From the sequence record SRR22947727_1523: 37,142 nt of DNA; one strand, written 5' to 3'. The position numbers and the translations under genes are program-made. This document shows, in pieces, positions 18,152 through 27,318 of the stretch (position 1 is its first letter; each line of letters opens with the position of its first letter). The notes under the pieces are model-generated. The model was not told the DNA's origin and searched no databases. It was given only the letters and a program-made list of their open reading frames with translations.

Positions 18152-19656
18152 ATTACTGCTCCTATTTGCCAGGGAACGAATTCGAAATCGCCCAATCCCT
18201 GCTGTTCAGATTTGCTGGTTTTGCCGCTGGCGACGTCTAAAAACATCTGATAAATTTCCCGGCCCTTTTCTTCCACAGAACATCCGCCGTTTAAAATACT
18301 GCCGGCGTCGATATCCATATCCTCGGACATGCGCGCGGCCATTTCCGAATTGGTAGCGATTTTGATCGTTGGGGCTGGTTTGGAGCCAAAGGCCGATCCG
18401 CGCCCAGTCGTGAAACAGACGAGGGTGCAGCCGCCTGCTATTTGCCCCGTTACGCTGGCTGGATCATAGCCCGGGCTGTCCATAAAGGTGAATCCAGATG
18501 CAGTGATCGGCTCGGCATATTTATAAACTCCGGTAAGCGGTGTGGTGCCGCCTTTGGCGGCCGCGCCAAGCGATTTTTCCAAAATCGTTGTGAGTCCGCC
18601 TTTTTTATTTCCGGGGCTTGGGTTGTTGTCCATATTGCCCTTGTTCCGAGCGGTATAATCTTCCCACCAGCGGATCAGTTTTATCAGTTTTTCGCCGGTT
18701 TCTTGGTTCACCGCCCGCCGCGTGAGCAAATGCTCAGCCCCGTAAATTTCGGGCGTTTCTGCCAAAACGCCAGTGCCACCTTGGGCGGCGAGTAAATCGC
18801 AGGCATATCCCAAAGCGGGATTTGCCGTAATGCCGGACCATGCATCAGATCCGCCACATTGCAGCGCAACTTTCAAGGCGCCAGCAGGGCAGGGGCTGCG
18901 GGTATTTTTATTGGCGAGCGGCAGCATGGCGTGCACTTTTTCGATGCCGATTTCAACGGTGCGCTTTAAGCCGGCAACAGATTGAATATTCATTGTTTGA
19001 AACAGTGGCCCTTGTTTGAGGCCATAAGCTTCGAGCAACCAATCAAGTTGGTTCATTTCACAGCCCAATCCGACCATCAGAACCCCAGCGTGGTTCGGGT
19101 GGCGCGCATAGCCCCACATGACGCGTTGCAAGGCTTCAAAACCGTCGCCATCCCCTGCCATTCCGCAGCCGGTGCCATGAACGAACGCGGCCACACCGTC
19201 AACATTCGGGTAGTCTGCCAAGACCTCAGGGGTGAATGCGTTTGCGATCATCCGCGCTGCGGTTGCAGAACAATTTACCGAGGTGACGATGGCGATATAA
19301 TTGCGGGTGCCAATGCTGCCATTTTCGCGGCGAAAGCCCATAAAACTGTCTTGCTGCTCTGATGAAATTAAATCAACAGGCCGCAAATCGGTGCTGAACT
19401 CATACGAGGCTTCGGTGTTTCTGAAAGACACATTATGATCATGCACATGCGCGCCGGCAGAGATATCTGTTGAGGCATAGCCTATCAATTGTGCGTATTT
19501 GCGGATTTCTCCCCCAGAAGGAATCGCTGCGGTGGCAATTTTATGGCCAGAGGGAATGGGTTGAACGGTTTTGGTCGTTTCAACAATATGCCCTGCAGGC
19601 AGGCGGCCCGCGGCTGTAACAACATTATCCGCACAATCAAGCCGAATGAAATCCAT
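18148..19656 (-). CDS. UxaA/GarD-family (altronate/galactarate-type) acid-sugar dehydratase with SAF domain
   Basis: DNVV..IPSGHKIA..I.KYAQLIG SAF domain; GTRNYI..SVNCSATAA, HGTGCG, LQCGGSD..SGITANPALG, NPSPGNKKGGLTTILEKSLG, FTTGRGS. Confidence 0.92.
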   Translation of the reverse strand: MDFIRLDCADNVVTAAGRLPAGHIVETTKTVQPIPSGHKIATAAIPSGGEIRKYAQLIGYASTDISAGAHVHDHNVSFRNTEASYEFSTDLRPVDLISSEQQDSFMGFRRENGSIGTRNYIAIVTSVNCSATAARMIANAFTPEVLADYPNVDGVAAFVHGTGCGMAGDGDGFEALQRVMWGYARHPNHAGVLMVGLGCEMNQLDWLLEAYGLKQGPLFQTMNIQSVAGLKRTVEIGIEKVHAMLPLANKNTRSPCPAGALKVALQCGGSDAWSGITANPALGYACDLLAAQGGTGVLAETPEIYGAEHLLTRRAVNQETGEKLIKLIRWWEDYTARNKGNMDNNPSPGNKKGGLTTILEKSLGAAAKGGTTPLTGVYKYAEPITASGFTFMDSPGYDPASVTGQIAGGCTLVCFTTGRGSAFGSKPAPTIKIATNSEMAARMSEDMDIDAGSILNGGCSVEEKGREIYQMFLDVASGKTSKSEQQGLGDFEFVPWQIGAVM

Positions 19657-19665
19657 AATCTACCT

Positions 19666-20613
19666 TTACGCGCAAAACGGGGCATCCGACTGCCACCGAT
19701 GGATCGGGATATGCTCCCCGTTTGAAAGTTTCCTGCGGGCTGTTTCCCATAAACCGCGCCATTCTTTCCAATCCTGTAAAACGCGTTCGGGTTGGCTTTG
19801 ACTGTAAGCGATAAAATCTGGGAAATGTGATCGGCCCGTCGGTTGGCCGGTTACGTTATAGCGCAGATCGAAAGACCATCTAAAGCCATTCGTATGATTG
19901 GGCAAGGAGGCATGCGGTATAAGTGGATGTAGAATAACCAGGCTGCCCGCCTTCACTGGTAAGGCTTTGGCATCCGCCTCGTTGATCCAGCCATCGGCGA
20001 TGGCGGTTTGGGTTTTCGGGCAATGGGGAAGCATTTTTTTATGCTTGCCTGGAATAACCTTTAGGCAACCATTGTCTTGGGTGGCATCCGTGATCGCAAC
20101 CCAAACCGTTATCATATCCGTCTGATCAGCTTCCTCGAGTGCGACGCCGCGATCTTGGTGCCAATCTGTTTTGGTAATATGGGCCCTGATCTCACCCTCG
20201 GCCAAGCGCTTGCTGGGCGGTTTGATCCGCACATGCTGAATCGGATTTGACGTGATTTCAGGTCCGATCAGATCTTCAACGATTTTTAAAACCCGTTGAT
20301 GTGTGATCATAGCAAAGACAGCAGGCCCAAAATGCATGGGCGTATCGGGGAAAATTTGATCCCCTGGCAAGCTGATATCCAGAGGTTGAAACCAATCGCA
20401 GCCGGCTTCGTAAGACAGCGCCAGTTTTTGCCAGAAATCTAAGGTTTCGGGCGCAGTTTTAACGCGCCCGTCTTTGAACCATTTGTGATAGAGCCCCTCT
20501 AAGAGCTGCGCATATTCGCTTTGAATATGCGCCAACTCTTGAGAGGTTAGAACATTTGGAACAACCAGATACCCATTTTCTTTAAATGCGTTTTGTTGAT
20601 CTGGGCTCAACAT
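19666..20613 (-). CDS. PhyH-family Fe(II)/2-oxoglutarate dioxygenase (2)
   Basis: FKENGYLVV, DWHQD, ITVWVAITDATQDNGCLKVIPG, PHASLPN..FRWSFDLRY. Confidence 0.9.
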   Translation of the reverse strand: MLSPDQQNAFKENGYLVVPNVLTSQELAHIQSEYAQLLEGLYHKWFKDGRVKTAPETLDFWQKLALSYEAGCDWFQPLDISLPGDQIFPDTPMHFGPAVFAMITHQRVLKIVEDLIGPEITSNPIQHVRIKPPSKRLAEGEIRAHITKTDWHQDRGVALEEADQTDMITVWVAITDATQDNGCLKVIPGKHKKMLPHCPKTQTAIADGWINEADAKALPVKAGSLVILHPLIPHASLPNHTNGFRWSFDLRYNVTGQPTGRSHFPDFIAYSQSQPERVLQDWKEWRGLWETARRKLSNGEHIPIHRWQSDAPFCA

Positions 20614-20628
20614 ATGCCGCTGCCTTTC

Positions 20629-22293
20629 CTATAACAAAACTGAAACAATCGGTGGCCAGATCAGCAAGACTGACAAGGCTATCAGCTGGATGCCGATAAA
20701 GGGTAAAAACCCTTTGAAAATATCGGTCAGCGAAATATGCGCAGGCGCCACTGATTTGAGGTAAAATGCGGCTGGCCCAAAGGGTGGTGATAAGAAGCTA
20801 ACCTGCATATTCATACAGAATAATACACCAAACCAAGTTGCCACATGGCGCGGATTCAATTCACCAAAAATGCCAATTTCTTGAATAGGCAGGCGCAAAA
20901 CGATCGGCAAAAAGACCGGGATGATCAGCAAAACAATCCCAACCCAATCCATAAAAGCGCCCATGATCAAGAGAATGAACATCATAGAAAGAAGAACCAG
21001 CATCGTGGGCATTTCGGAGCCAACGATCAGATCTGCCACAAAACGCGGTCCACCCGCGATCGTGTAGGCCCCTGCAAGCGCTGCGGCGCCGATGGTCACC
21101 CAAATGATGGTTCCGGTTGATTTCATCGTGCGCATTAGGCTGTCCCATACCAGCTCAAAATTGGCTTCGCCGCGTAATATGGCGATGATCAAAACCGCAA
21201 TCGCGCCCATGCCTGCCGCTTCTGTTATTCCTGTAATGCCACCGTAAATTGATCCAAGAACCACGCCGATCACGACCATAGGCGCAACCAACCCTTTGCC
21301 CATTTCCCAGGCCAATGCAGAGCGCTCGCGTCCAAAGCCAAAAAACGCGATCAGCACAGAGGCAATGATATAGCCGGCAAACCATGGAAGGTAATCCGCA
21401 GTTCCTAAGAAGATGGGCTCTATGGCGTCATCCAAGGGTGCGTTTTGACCCGTTACCGTGAAGAACAAGGCCCGCAAGAATAATGCGGTTACAGCGCCAA
21501 AAAAGACAACATTCAAAAACGCGATGAACAGTTTCAATTTGTCATACCCCTGCGGCTCGCCTTCAGCAGGCTTGGGCAACGGGGCATCTTCTGGGCGGAT
21601 TTGGGTTCGAATAACGATGTAGATGATGATGAAGCTTGCCAACATGAAACCGGGTAAAAACGCTGCGGTAAACAGCGCTTTGATCGAGGTCTCTGTGATC
21701 AACCCATACATAATCAAAACGATCGAGGGGGGGATCATCGTGCCCAAAGATCCCGAGGCGCAGATTGTTCCGATTGCGAGGTTTTGATTATAGCCAAGCC
21801 GGAGCATTTGCGGCAATGCAATCAATCCCAGCAGTACCACCTCCCCACCAATAATGCCCGACATTGCGGCCATAATCACGGCCATGATCGAGGTCACGAT
21901 TGCAATGCCGCCACGGGTTCCGTTCAGCCAAACATTCAAAGAGCTATACATATCTTTGGCAATGCCCGAACGTTCCAATAGCGAGGCCATGAAGATGAAC
22001 AGGGGTACCGAAATCAAAACATAGCTGGTCATAACGCCGTAAATTTTTTGCTGCAGGATATTCAGGGCTCCCGCCCCCGGCCTCCCGGTAAGCGTACATC
22101 GTACGCCGGGATTTGCCTCAGTATACCAGTCAGGGCACCCGAAGCTGAGCGGATTCGACAAAAGGGCAGGTTCAAACTTCATAACCAAAACCAAAACGGC
22201 TAAAATAGCCGAGGCCAAGCCCAGAGGCATGCCAATGGCCAGTAAAATAAACAGGCCTATTAACAAGACCAGAGAAATAGTTCCGATATCCAT
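20629..22293 (-). CDS. dctM: TRAP transporter large permease DctM
   Basis: SVPLFIFMA..LERSG, MAAMSG, ASGSLGTMIPPSIVLIMYG, TEAA, SFLSPPFG. Confidence 0.93.
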   Translation of the reverse strand: MDIGTISLVLLIGLFILLAIGMPLGLASAILAVLVLVMKFEPALLSNPLSFGCPDWYTEANPGVRCTLTGRPGAGALNILQQKIYGVMTSYVLISVPLFIFMASLLERSGIAKDMYSSLNVWLNGTRGGIAIVTSIMAVIMAAMSGIIGGEVVLLGLIALPQMLRLGYNQNLAIGTICASGSLGTMIPPSIVLIMYGLITETSIKALFTAAFLPGFMLASFIIIYIVIRTQIRPEDAPLPKPAEGEPQGYDKLKLFIAFLNVVFFGAVTALFLRALFFTVTGQNAPLDDAIEPIFLGTADYLPWFAGYIIASVLIAFFGFGRERSALAWEMGKGLVAPMVVIGVVLGSIYGGITGITEAAGMGAIAVLIIAILRGEANFELVWDSLMRTMKSTGTIIWVTIGAAALAGAYTIAGGPRFVADLIVGSEMPTMLVLLSMMFILLIMGAFMDWVGIVLLIIPVFLPIVLRLPIQEIGIFGELNPRHVATWFGVLFCMNMQVSFLSPPFGPAAFYLKSVAPAHISLTDIFKGFLPFIGIQLIALSVLLIWPPIVSVLL

Positions 22294-23135
22294 CAGGTTG
22301 ATCCCACGTTGCGTTTCAGTGTTTCAATTTCATCTTCTATATCGTCTGTTGCTGAATGCTTTATTGGTTCAAGCTTCCAGTCAGAAAACAGGTTAAACAC
22401 AGATTGCAATGCCACTAAAGACACCATGACCAAAATAAATGGCTTTAAGGTTGCGGGTATCGGAGGGTCAAAGGCGGTGCCAAATGTTTCCCAGCTATAA
22501 AACTTTTTGAAAGATTCCCCGTACCCACCGTAACATAAAAAGAAAGCAAAAATAACGATGAGACTGGTTGATATCGTGTCGCAGACACGCTGTAGAGCGC
22601 GCGGTAAAACGTCGTAAAGCAAGAAAATTCTGATATGGCTGCGCTGCTGCATCGCGTAAAGCCCTGCGCATAAAAACACAAAGCTGGCCACCCATAATGA
22701 CAGCTCATTGGCCCATAATGTAGGCGCTTCCACCACGTAGCGCATGAACACTTCGTAGATCATCACACTGGTCAGCACGACGATTTGCACCATCGTGATG
22801 CGACCAATGAAAACAGCGATCCGATCCACAGGGCGCCAATGTTCGAATTCCATGCGCGCCCGTTCAACCGTGAAGAAGCCAAAAACCAGCAAAATAGGAA
22901 GCGCAATCAGCGTGAGCCAATCTACAATATCGGCGAACCCGCCAAATAAACCCGGCAGGTTCGGCGTCACATCATTGCGGATCATTTGAGCAGAGAGCTG
23001 GTCAAACAGCGATTTATCTTCTGGTGTGAAAAAATCCAGGATGAAATAGGGGAAGTGCCAGCATTGCCAGGCAAAACAAATGATAAAGGCGGCTGGTATA
23101 TACCATTCCTTGTGGTTAACCGTGGTTACCTGCAT
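22293..23135 (-). CDS. dctQ: TRAP transporter small permease DctQ with N-terminal extension
   Basis: YEVFMRY...PTLWANELS, HIRIFLLYD, WETFGTAFDPP; immediately upstream of dctM. Confidence 0.88.
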   Translation of the reverse strand: MQVTTVNHKEWYIPAAFIICFAWQCWHFPYFILDFFTPEDKSLFDQLSAQMIRNDVTPNLPGLFGGFADIVDWLTLIALPILLVFGFFTVERARMEFEHWRPVDRIAVFIGRITMVQIVVLTSVMIYEVFMRYVVEAPTLWANELSLWVASFVFLCAGLYAMQQRSHIRIFLLYDVLPRALQRVCDTISTSLIVIFAFFLCYGGYGESFKKFYSWETFGTAFDPPIPATLKPFILVMVSLVALQSVFNLFSDWKLEPIKHSATDDIEDEIETLKRNVGST

Positions 23136-23175
23136 GCGTTTTCTCCCCTCGCGCCTCTTGGTGAGGCTACGTTAA

Positions 23176-24339
23176 TTATAGTGCAAAGTATTGCAAAAAG
23201 TCTCTGTCTGGTGTGATCCCAAGGCCTGGGCCCTCTGGTAGCGCAATATAGCCATTGGTTCGGGCAACTTGCGCTTGAATTTCTAACGGCGTTTCCAACA
23301 ATTCATCGCGGAATTTATTATCTGTTGTGTCAAATTCCAACATTGGCTCCCAAGGGTTCATCCCGCCGGGCAAATCAGGCATGGACGCGAGTAAGTGCAT
23401 ATTGGTTGCAACCGCAACCGCCGAACCCCAGACATGATTGACCACCGGCGTGAAATGCGCGTGGCACAGCGCTAATACCCGCAAATATTCAGATATGCCC
23501 CCCAGGGCACAAACTTCCGGCTGGGCTATATCCAGCCCGCGCGATTCAAGCAGGCTGCGCCAGCCCCATCTGTTGAATTCGGCTTCACCGCCTGAAATGT
23601 TCACGTTTAGGCCCGCGCGCAATTCGCGATAACCTTGCAGGTCCTCCGGCGCGATCGGTTCTTCAAACCAATAGGCGTCAAGATCTTCCAAGGCGCGCCC
23701 TACTTCAAAAGCATCGCTTGTTGTATAGCAGTGATTTGCATCCACCATGAACCTAAAATCATCGCCAATGCCGCGCCGCACTGCTTCCGCCAGTTTTATA
23801 TCTGCACGGGGCCCCAACCCCACTTTCATTTTTGTTGCAACGAAGCCCATATCTTTGATCGCGCGCGCTTCTTCTTTAAAGCGGACCGTCAAATCTTCAA
23901 GTGGCTCTGGGCGCAGCATCATGCCGTATCCATAGACGGGAATGTGTTGGCGATGCGCGCCGCCGATCAGTTGATAAAGCGGTAAGTTCGCGACTTTTCC
24001 GGCAATATCCCACAGCGCGATATCAACCCCAGATAAGGCCTGCATCGGCATGCCCTTTTGTCCGTGGTCGCGCATCAGATTATATGTTTTGTGCCACAAG
24101 ACATCCCGATCAAGCGGAGAGTGGCCTAAGATGATGGGTTGAATCACATCTTGCACGATGGTGCGGTTCGCAAGCGCAATATTGCCCGGGCCAAAGCATT
24201 CCCCCCAACCCGTAAGACCTTCGTCGGTTTCGACTTCGATCAGATGCGCGGTGCGTTTGTTATAAAACTGTTGAGAATAGCCCAGCGTCTGCGGCATGTC
24301 ATATTGCAGAATATGGCTGGTGATTTTGGTTATTTCCAT
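23176..24339 (-). CDS. Mandelate racemase/MLE enolase-superfamily enzyme, galactarolactone cycloisomerase (Gci)-like
   Basis: GWGECFGP, RDHGQKG..ALSGVDIALWDI.GK, KMK, DANH, WFEEP, GGE, HVWG, NPWEPMLEFD; resembles Agrobacterium Gci from memory. ATG 24339 preferred over TTG 24351. Confidence 0.75.
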   Translation of the reverse strand: MEITKITSHILQYDMPQTLGYSQQFYNKRTAHLIEVETDEGLTGWGECFGPGNIALANRTIVQDVIQPIILGHSPLDRDVLWHKTYNLMRDHGQKGMPMQALSGVDIALWDIAGKVANLPLYQLIGGAHRQHIPVYGYGMMLRPEPLEDLTVRFKEEARAIKDMGFVATKMKVGLGPRADIKLAEAVRRGIGDDFRFMVDANHCYTTSDAFEVGRALEDLDAYWFEEPIAPEDLQGYRELRAGLNVNISGGEAEFNRWGWRSLLESRGLDIAQPEVCALGGISEYLRVLALCHAHFTPVVNHVWGSAVAVATNMHLLASMPDLPGGMNPWEPMLEFDTTDNKFRDELLETPLEIQAQVARTNGYIALPEGPGLGITPDRDFLQYFAL

Positions 24340-24390
24340 TGGGAAGCCCAACTCACCTTTTTTCTTATTTTTTAGGTTTCGGCCTGTTCG

Positions 24391-24420
24391 GATAGCGGGG
24401 CCCCGCAGGGCCCCGTTACC
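24391..24420 (-). terminator. GC-rich stem-loop downstream of dctP (mRNA stabiliser or weak terminator)
   Basis: Minus strand GGTAACGGGGCCC-TGCG-GGGCCCCGCTATC: 8-bp perfect GC stem plus extension, about 24 nt after the dctP stop; no U-tract. Confidence 0.6.
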
Positions 24421-24443
24421 GGTTAATTATCTGTCATGAAGAC

Positions 24444-25454
24444 TTAGTCTACCAGACCCAGCTCTTTCAGATATGTCACGTGGCTCGCAAGCAGAGCTTT
24501 CGCTTCTGGAGTAGTTGCGAAATCGCTCCATGCGGCTTGTGCCGCGGCGCGGAAGCTGGCCCGGTCTGCAGGAGACCAGTCATGCAAGGTTACACCTTCA
24601 CCGCGCAGTTTGGAGGCTGCTGCAGTCATGCCTTTACCCACCTGCATTGAGGTTTGGAAAGCCAGTGACTCCATCGCAACATTCATGATGCGGCGGTGCG
24701 CTTCGGGCATGCCATCCCAAACGGCTTTGTTACAGGCCAAGTGGTCAGATGGCATTGAGTGGAAGCCAGGATAGTTTGTGTGCTTCACGATGTCATACAG
24801 GCCCAAGCTAACGTTTGTGGCGATGTTTGATGCATCCGCTCCATCAATGATACCAGTTTCCAAAGCGGTGAAGATTTCGGTGAAATCCATCACGATGGGT
24901 GAGGCGCCAAGATTGTCAAAAATCATAGTGGCCATGCCTGGAGGTGACCGGAATTTCCAGTTTTTGAAATCTTCTGCGTTACGGATTGGTTTTGAAGAGG
25001 ACAGGCTTTCCATGCCTGGGATCCACCAGCCGATGAACTGCATGTCATATTTGTTGTAAAGCTCTTGTGCTGCCTCGTAACCACCACCGTTATAGAGCCA
25101 GCTATACTGATCCCATGGTGAGTCGTATCCGCCCATGATGTCGCCAACGAATTGGAATGCAGGGTTCTTACCTGTTTGGTAAGCACCACCTGTCATGTCG
25201 CAATCTAAAACACCTGTGGCTGCGGCGTCGAATGTTTCCACAGAAGACACCACTGAAGATGAATAGTACATCTCGATCGAGATCTCACCGCCAGACATTG
25301 TTTGCACATTGTCGATAAATTGCGCCGCAAGCTTACCGTTAGGGCTTTCTTCAGAGAAATGCGTTTGAATGCGCAGGTTGGTTGCTGCGGATGCAGTTGT
25401 TGCAGCCATGGCTGCGATACCGGCAGCATAGGCTACCTTTTTTATTAGTTTCAT
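24444..25454 (-). CDS. dctP: TRAP transporter substrate-binding protein DctP
   Basis: Signal peptide; MSGGEISIE, WKFRSP (carboxylate-binding Arg), EIFTALETGIIDG; RBS GGGAGG. Confidence 0.92.
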   Translation of the reverse strand: MKLIKKVAYAAGIAAMAATTASAATNLRIQTHFSEESPNGKLAAQFIDNVQTMSGGEISIEMYYSSSVVSSVETFDAAATGVLDCDMTGGAYQTGKNPAFQFVGDIMGGYDSPWDQYSWLYNGGGYEAAQELYNKYDMQFIGWWIPGMESLSSSKPIRNAEDFKNWKFRSPPGMATMIFDNLGASPIVMDFTEIFTALETGIIDGADASNIATNVSLGLYDIVKHTNYPGFHSMPSDHLACNKAVWDGMPEAHRRIMNVAMESLAFQTSMQVGKGMTAAASKLRGEGVTLHDWSPADRASFRAAAQAAWSDFATTPEAKALLASHVTYLKELGLVD

Positions 25455-25569
25455 GATGCCCTCCCAGACATTTATGGCCGAATTATCCAGAGCCGAAGGT
25501 GCTCTGGCCTTGAGTCAACACAAGAAAGCCTAGAGGGCTTAATCTGTTTCTTCAAGTTTTTATTTAATT

Positions 25570-25587
25570 TCTTGAAAATTTCGTGAT
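25570..25587. promoter_or_regulatory. Candidate operator in the divergent dctP/gntR promoter
   Basis: TCTTGAAAATTTTCGTGA with perfect core palindrome GAAAATTTTC (25574-25583) in an AT-rich intergenic region. Confidence 0.35.
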
Positions 25588-25641
25588 TTTGATAAAATAA
25601 TAATATTATACCATGATTAGAACACAGTAAGAGAGCCTGGC

Positions 25642-26310
25642 ATGGATGATGAAAGCGATATTTACGAAGGCCTACGTCTGCGGGTAACCTCAGGTGGGTT
25701 GACGCCGAATACGAAATTAAAACCCAGCGTTTTGCGCCATGATTATAATTGTTCGGCCAGCACCATTCGAGAGGCTTTATTCAGATTATCCACCGTTGGC
25801 TTGGTGTCTTTTCAAGAGCAGCGTGGCTTTCGCGTTCCAATTCCAACCGATCAAGCGCAACATGAGCTAACGCATCTGCGTATTTTGCTTGAATGCGAGG
25901 GGGCTTGTTTGTCGATTCGTCAGGGCGGTATTGATTGGGAATCTCGGCTGACGGCGGCGCATCATAAATTATCGCATATCGAAAAAAGAGTGCGTGGAAG
26001 CGCTGACCATATGCCGCTTTTCATTCTTTGGGCAAAAGCCGAGCAAGCGTTTCATGAGACTCTCATTTCAGATTGCGGATCAGATGTGCTCAAAGCCACG
26101 CACGCGATGATCTATCAGCGATTTCGTCAGCAAGTTTTTAATTCAGATAAGAAATTTGTCTTCGTGGTCGAAAATATTGAGCAGCATCAGGGAATTTTAG
26201 ATGCCGCTCTGATGCGAGATGAGGCGTTGATCCGGTCTCGTATTTATAGTCACTTAGAAAGAAACTTGGTGTTTGACATGCCGCCCGAGCTGCCCAAGCT
26301 TCCATATTAA
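25642..26310 (+). CDS. GntR-family regulator (FadR subfamily, FCD domain)
   Basis: wHTH S.STIREAL.RL...GLV...QRGFRV; LR.LLE; FH..L; EQHQGILDA; divergent from the TRAP operon. Confidence 0.92.
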   Translation: MDDESDIYEGLRLRVTSGGLTPNTKLKPSVLRHDYNCSASTIREALFRLSTVGLVSFQEQRGFRVPIPTDQAQHELTHLRILLECEGACLSIRQGGIDWESRLTAAHHKLSHIEKRVRGSADHMPLFILWAKAEQAFHETLISDCGSDVLKATHAMIYQRFRQQVFNSDKKFVFVVENIEQHQGILDAALMRDEALIRSRIYSHLERNLVFDMPPELPKLPY

Positions 26311-26322
26311 CAAGCTTCCATT

Positions 26323-27318
26323 TTAATCAGTGCTGGCTTTGCTGGCGTTGGGCAAATCATCCTGGATATAGGTCGCGATGATCTCATCAAAACTCGCTTC
26401 TGCTTGAAAGCCCAGCGCACGCGCACGTTTTGCGGTAAAATTTCGAGGCCAGGAGGAAACGATATTAGTGATCGTGTCATCAGGTTGCCGCTCAATCAAT
26501 TTAATGACCGATTGACCTGCAGCGCGGCGCAGCGCCTCTATTTGCTCTTCCACTGTGCAACTTACGCCTGGCAGGTTGAGCGCGCGCCGATTTTCCAAAA
26601 GCCCGCTGTCTAACGTTGCGGCATGCCGTAAAAACCCGGCTGCTGCGCGCGGAGAAGCGTGCCAATGACGCACGCTTTCATCCACGGGTAAAATTGCTTT
26701 TTGGCCATTTAAAGGCTCGCGTATGATCCCTGAAAAAAACGATGAGGCGGCCAGATTGGCTTTGCCTGGGCGCACGCATATCGTTGGTAAGCGCAAGGAT
26801 ATCCCGTCTACAAACCCTTTTCTGCTAAAATCTGACAGCAGCAATTCACAGGAAGCTTTTTGAGCTCCATAGCTGGTTTGAGGGGCGCTTAAAAACGTAT
26901 CGTCAATCTGTTCCGGAAACGGGCCGCCAAACACTGCAATCGAGGAGGTGAAAATAATTTTTGGAACAAAGGCTTGGTTGGACTCGATGTGAAGCGCCTT
27001 CAGCGCTTCTAGATAATGCCACATTGTGAACATATTGACCTGCCAGCCAGCCTCGAAATTGCTTTCAGCTTCGCCCGAAACGATCGACGCCAGATGAAAG
27101 ACGATATTGGGGCGCAATCGGGCAAGCATGGTAATATTTTGCGCATCGGTTAAAGAGCCGGTTATACAGCGCAGACGCCCGTCTTGCTTGAGGGGGAAGG
27201 CCATATCAAACAACGTAATGTCCAGCGCCTTATGGCCGGGCAAGCCACTGGCCAAAAGGTGATTTGCCAGCTTTTGCCCTACCATACCGCCGCCACCAAG
27301 GATCAAGATTTTTGTCAT
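26323..27318 (-). CDS. Extended SDR, D-erythronate dehydrogenase (DenD)-like
   Basis: GGGGMVGQKL, FHLASIVSGEAE.NF..G..VN, FTSSIAVFG, SYGAQK, RLPTICVRPGKANLAASSFFSGIIREPL. Confidence 0.8.
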   Translation of the reverse strand: MTKILILGGGGMVGQKLANHLLASGLPGHKALDITLFDMAFPLKQDGRLRCITGSLTDAQNITMLARLRPNIVFHLASIVSGEAESNFEAGWQVNMFTMWHYLEALKALHIESNQAFVPKIIFTSSIAVFGGPFPEQIDDTFLSAPQTSYGAQKASCELLLSDFSRKGFVDGISLRLPTICVRPGKANLAASSFFSGIIREPLNGQKAILPVDESVRHWHASPRAAAGFLRHAATLDSGLLENRRALNLPGVSCTVEEQIEALRRAAGQSVIKLIERQPDDTITNIVSSWPRNFTAKRARALGFQAEASFDEIIATYIQDDLPNASKASTD

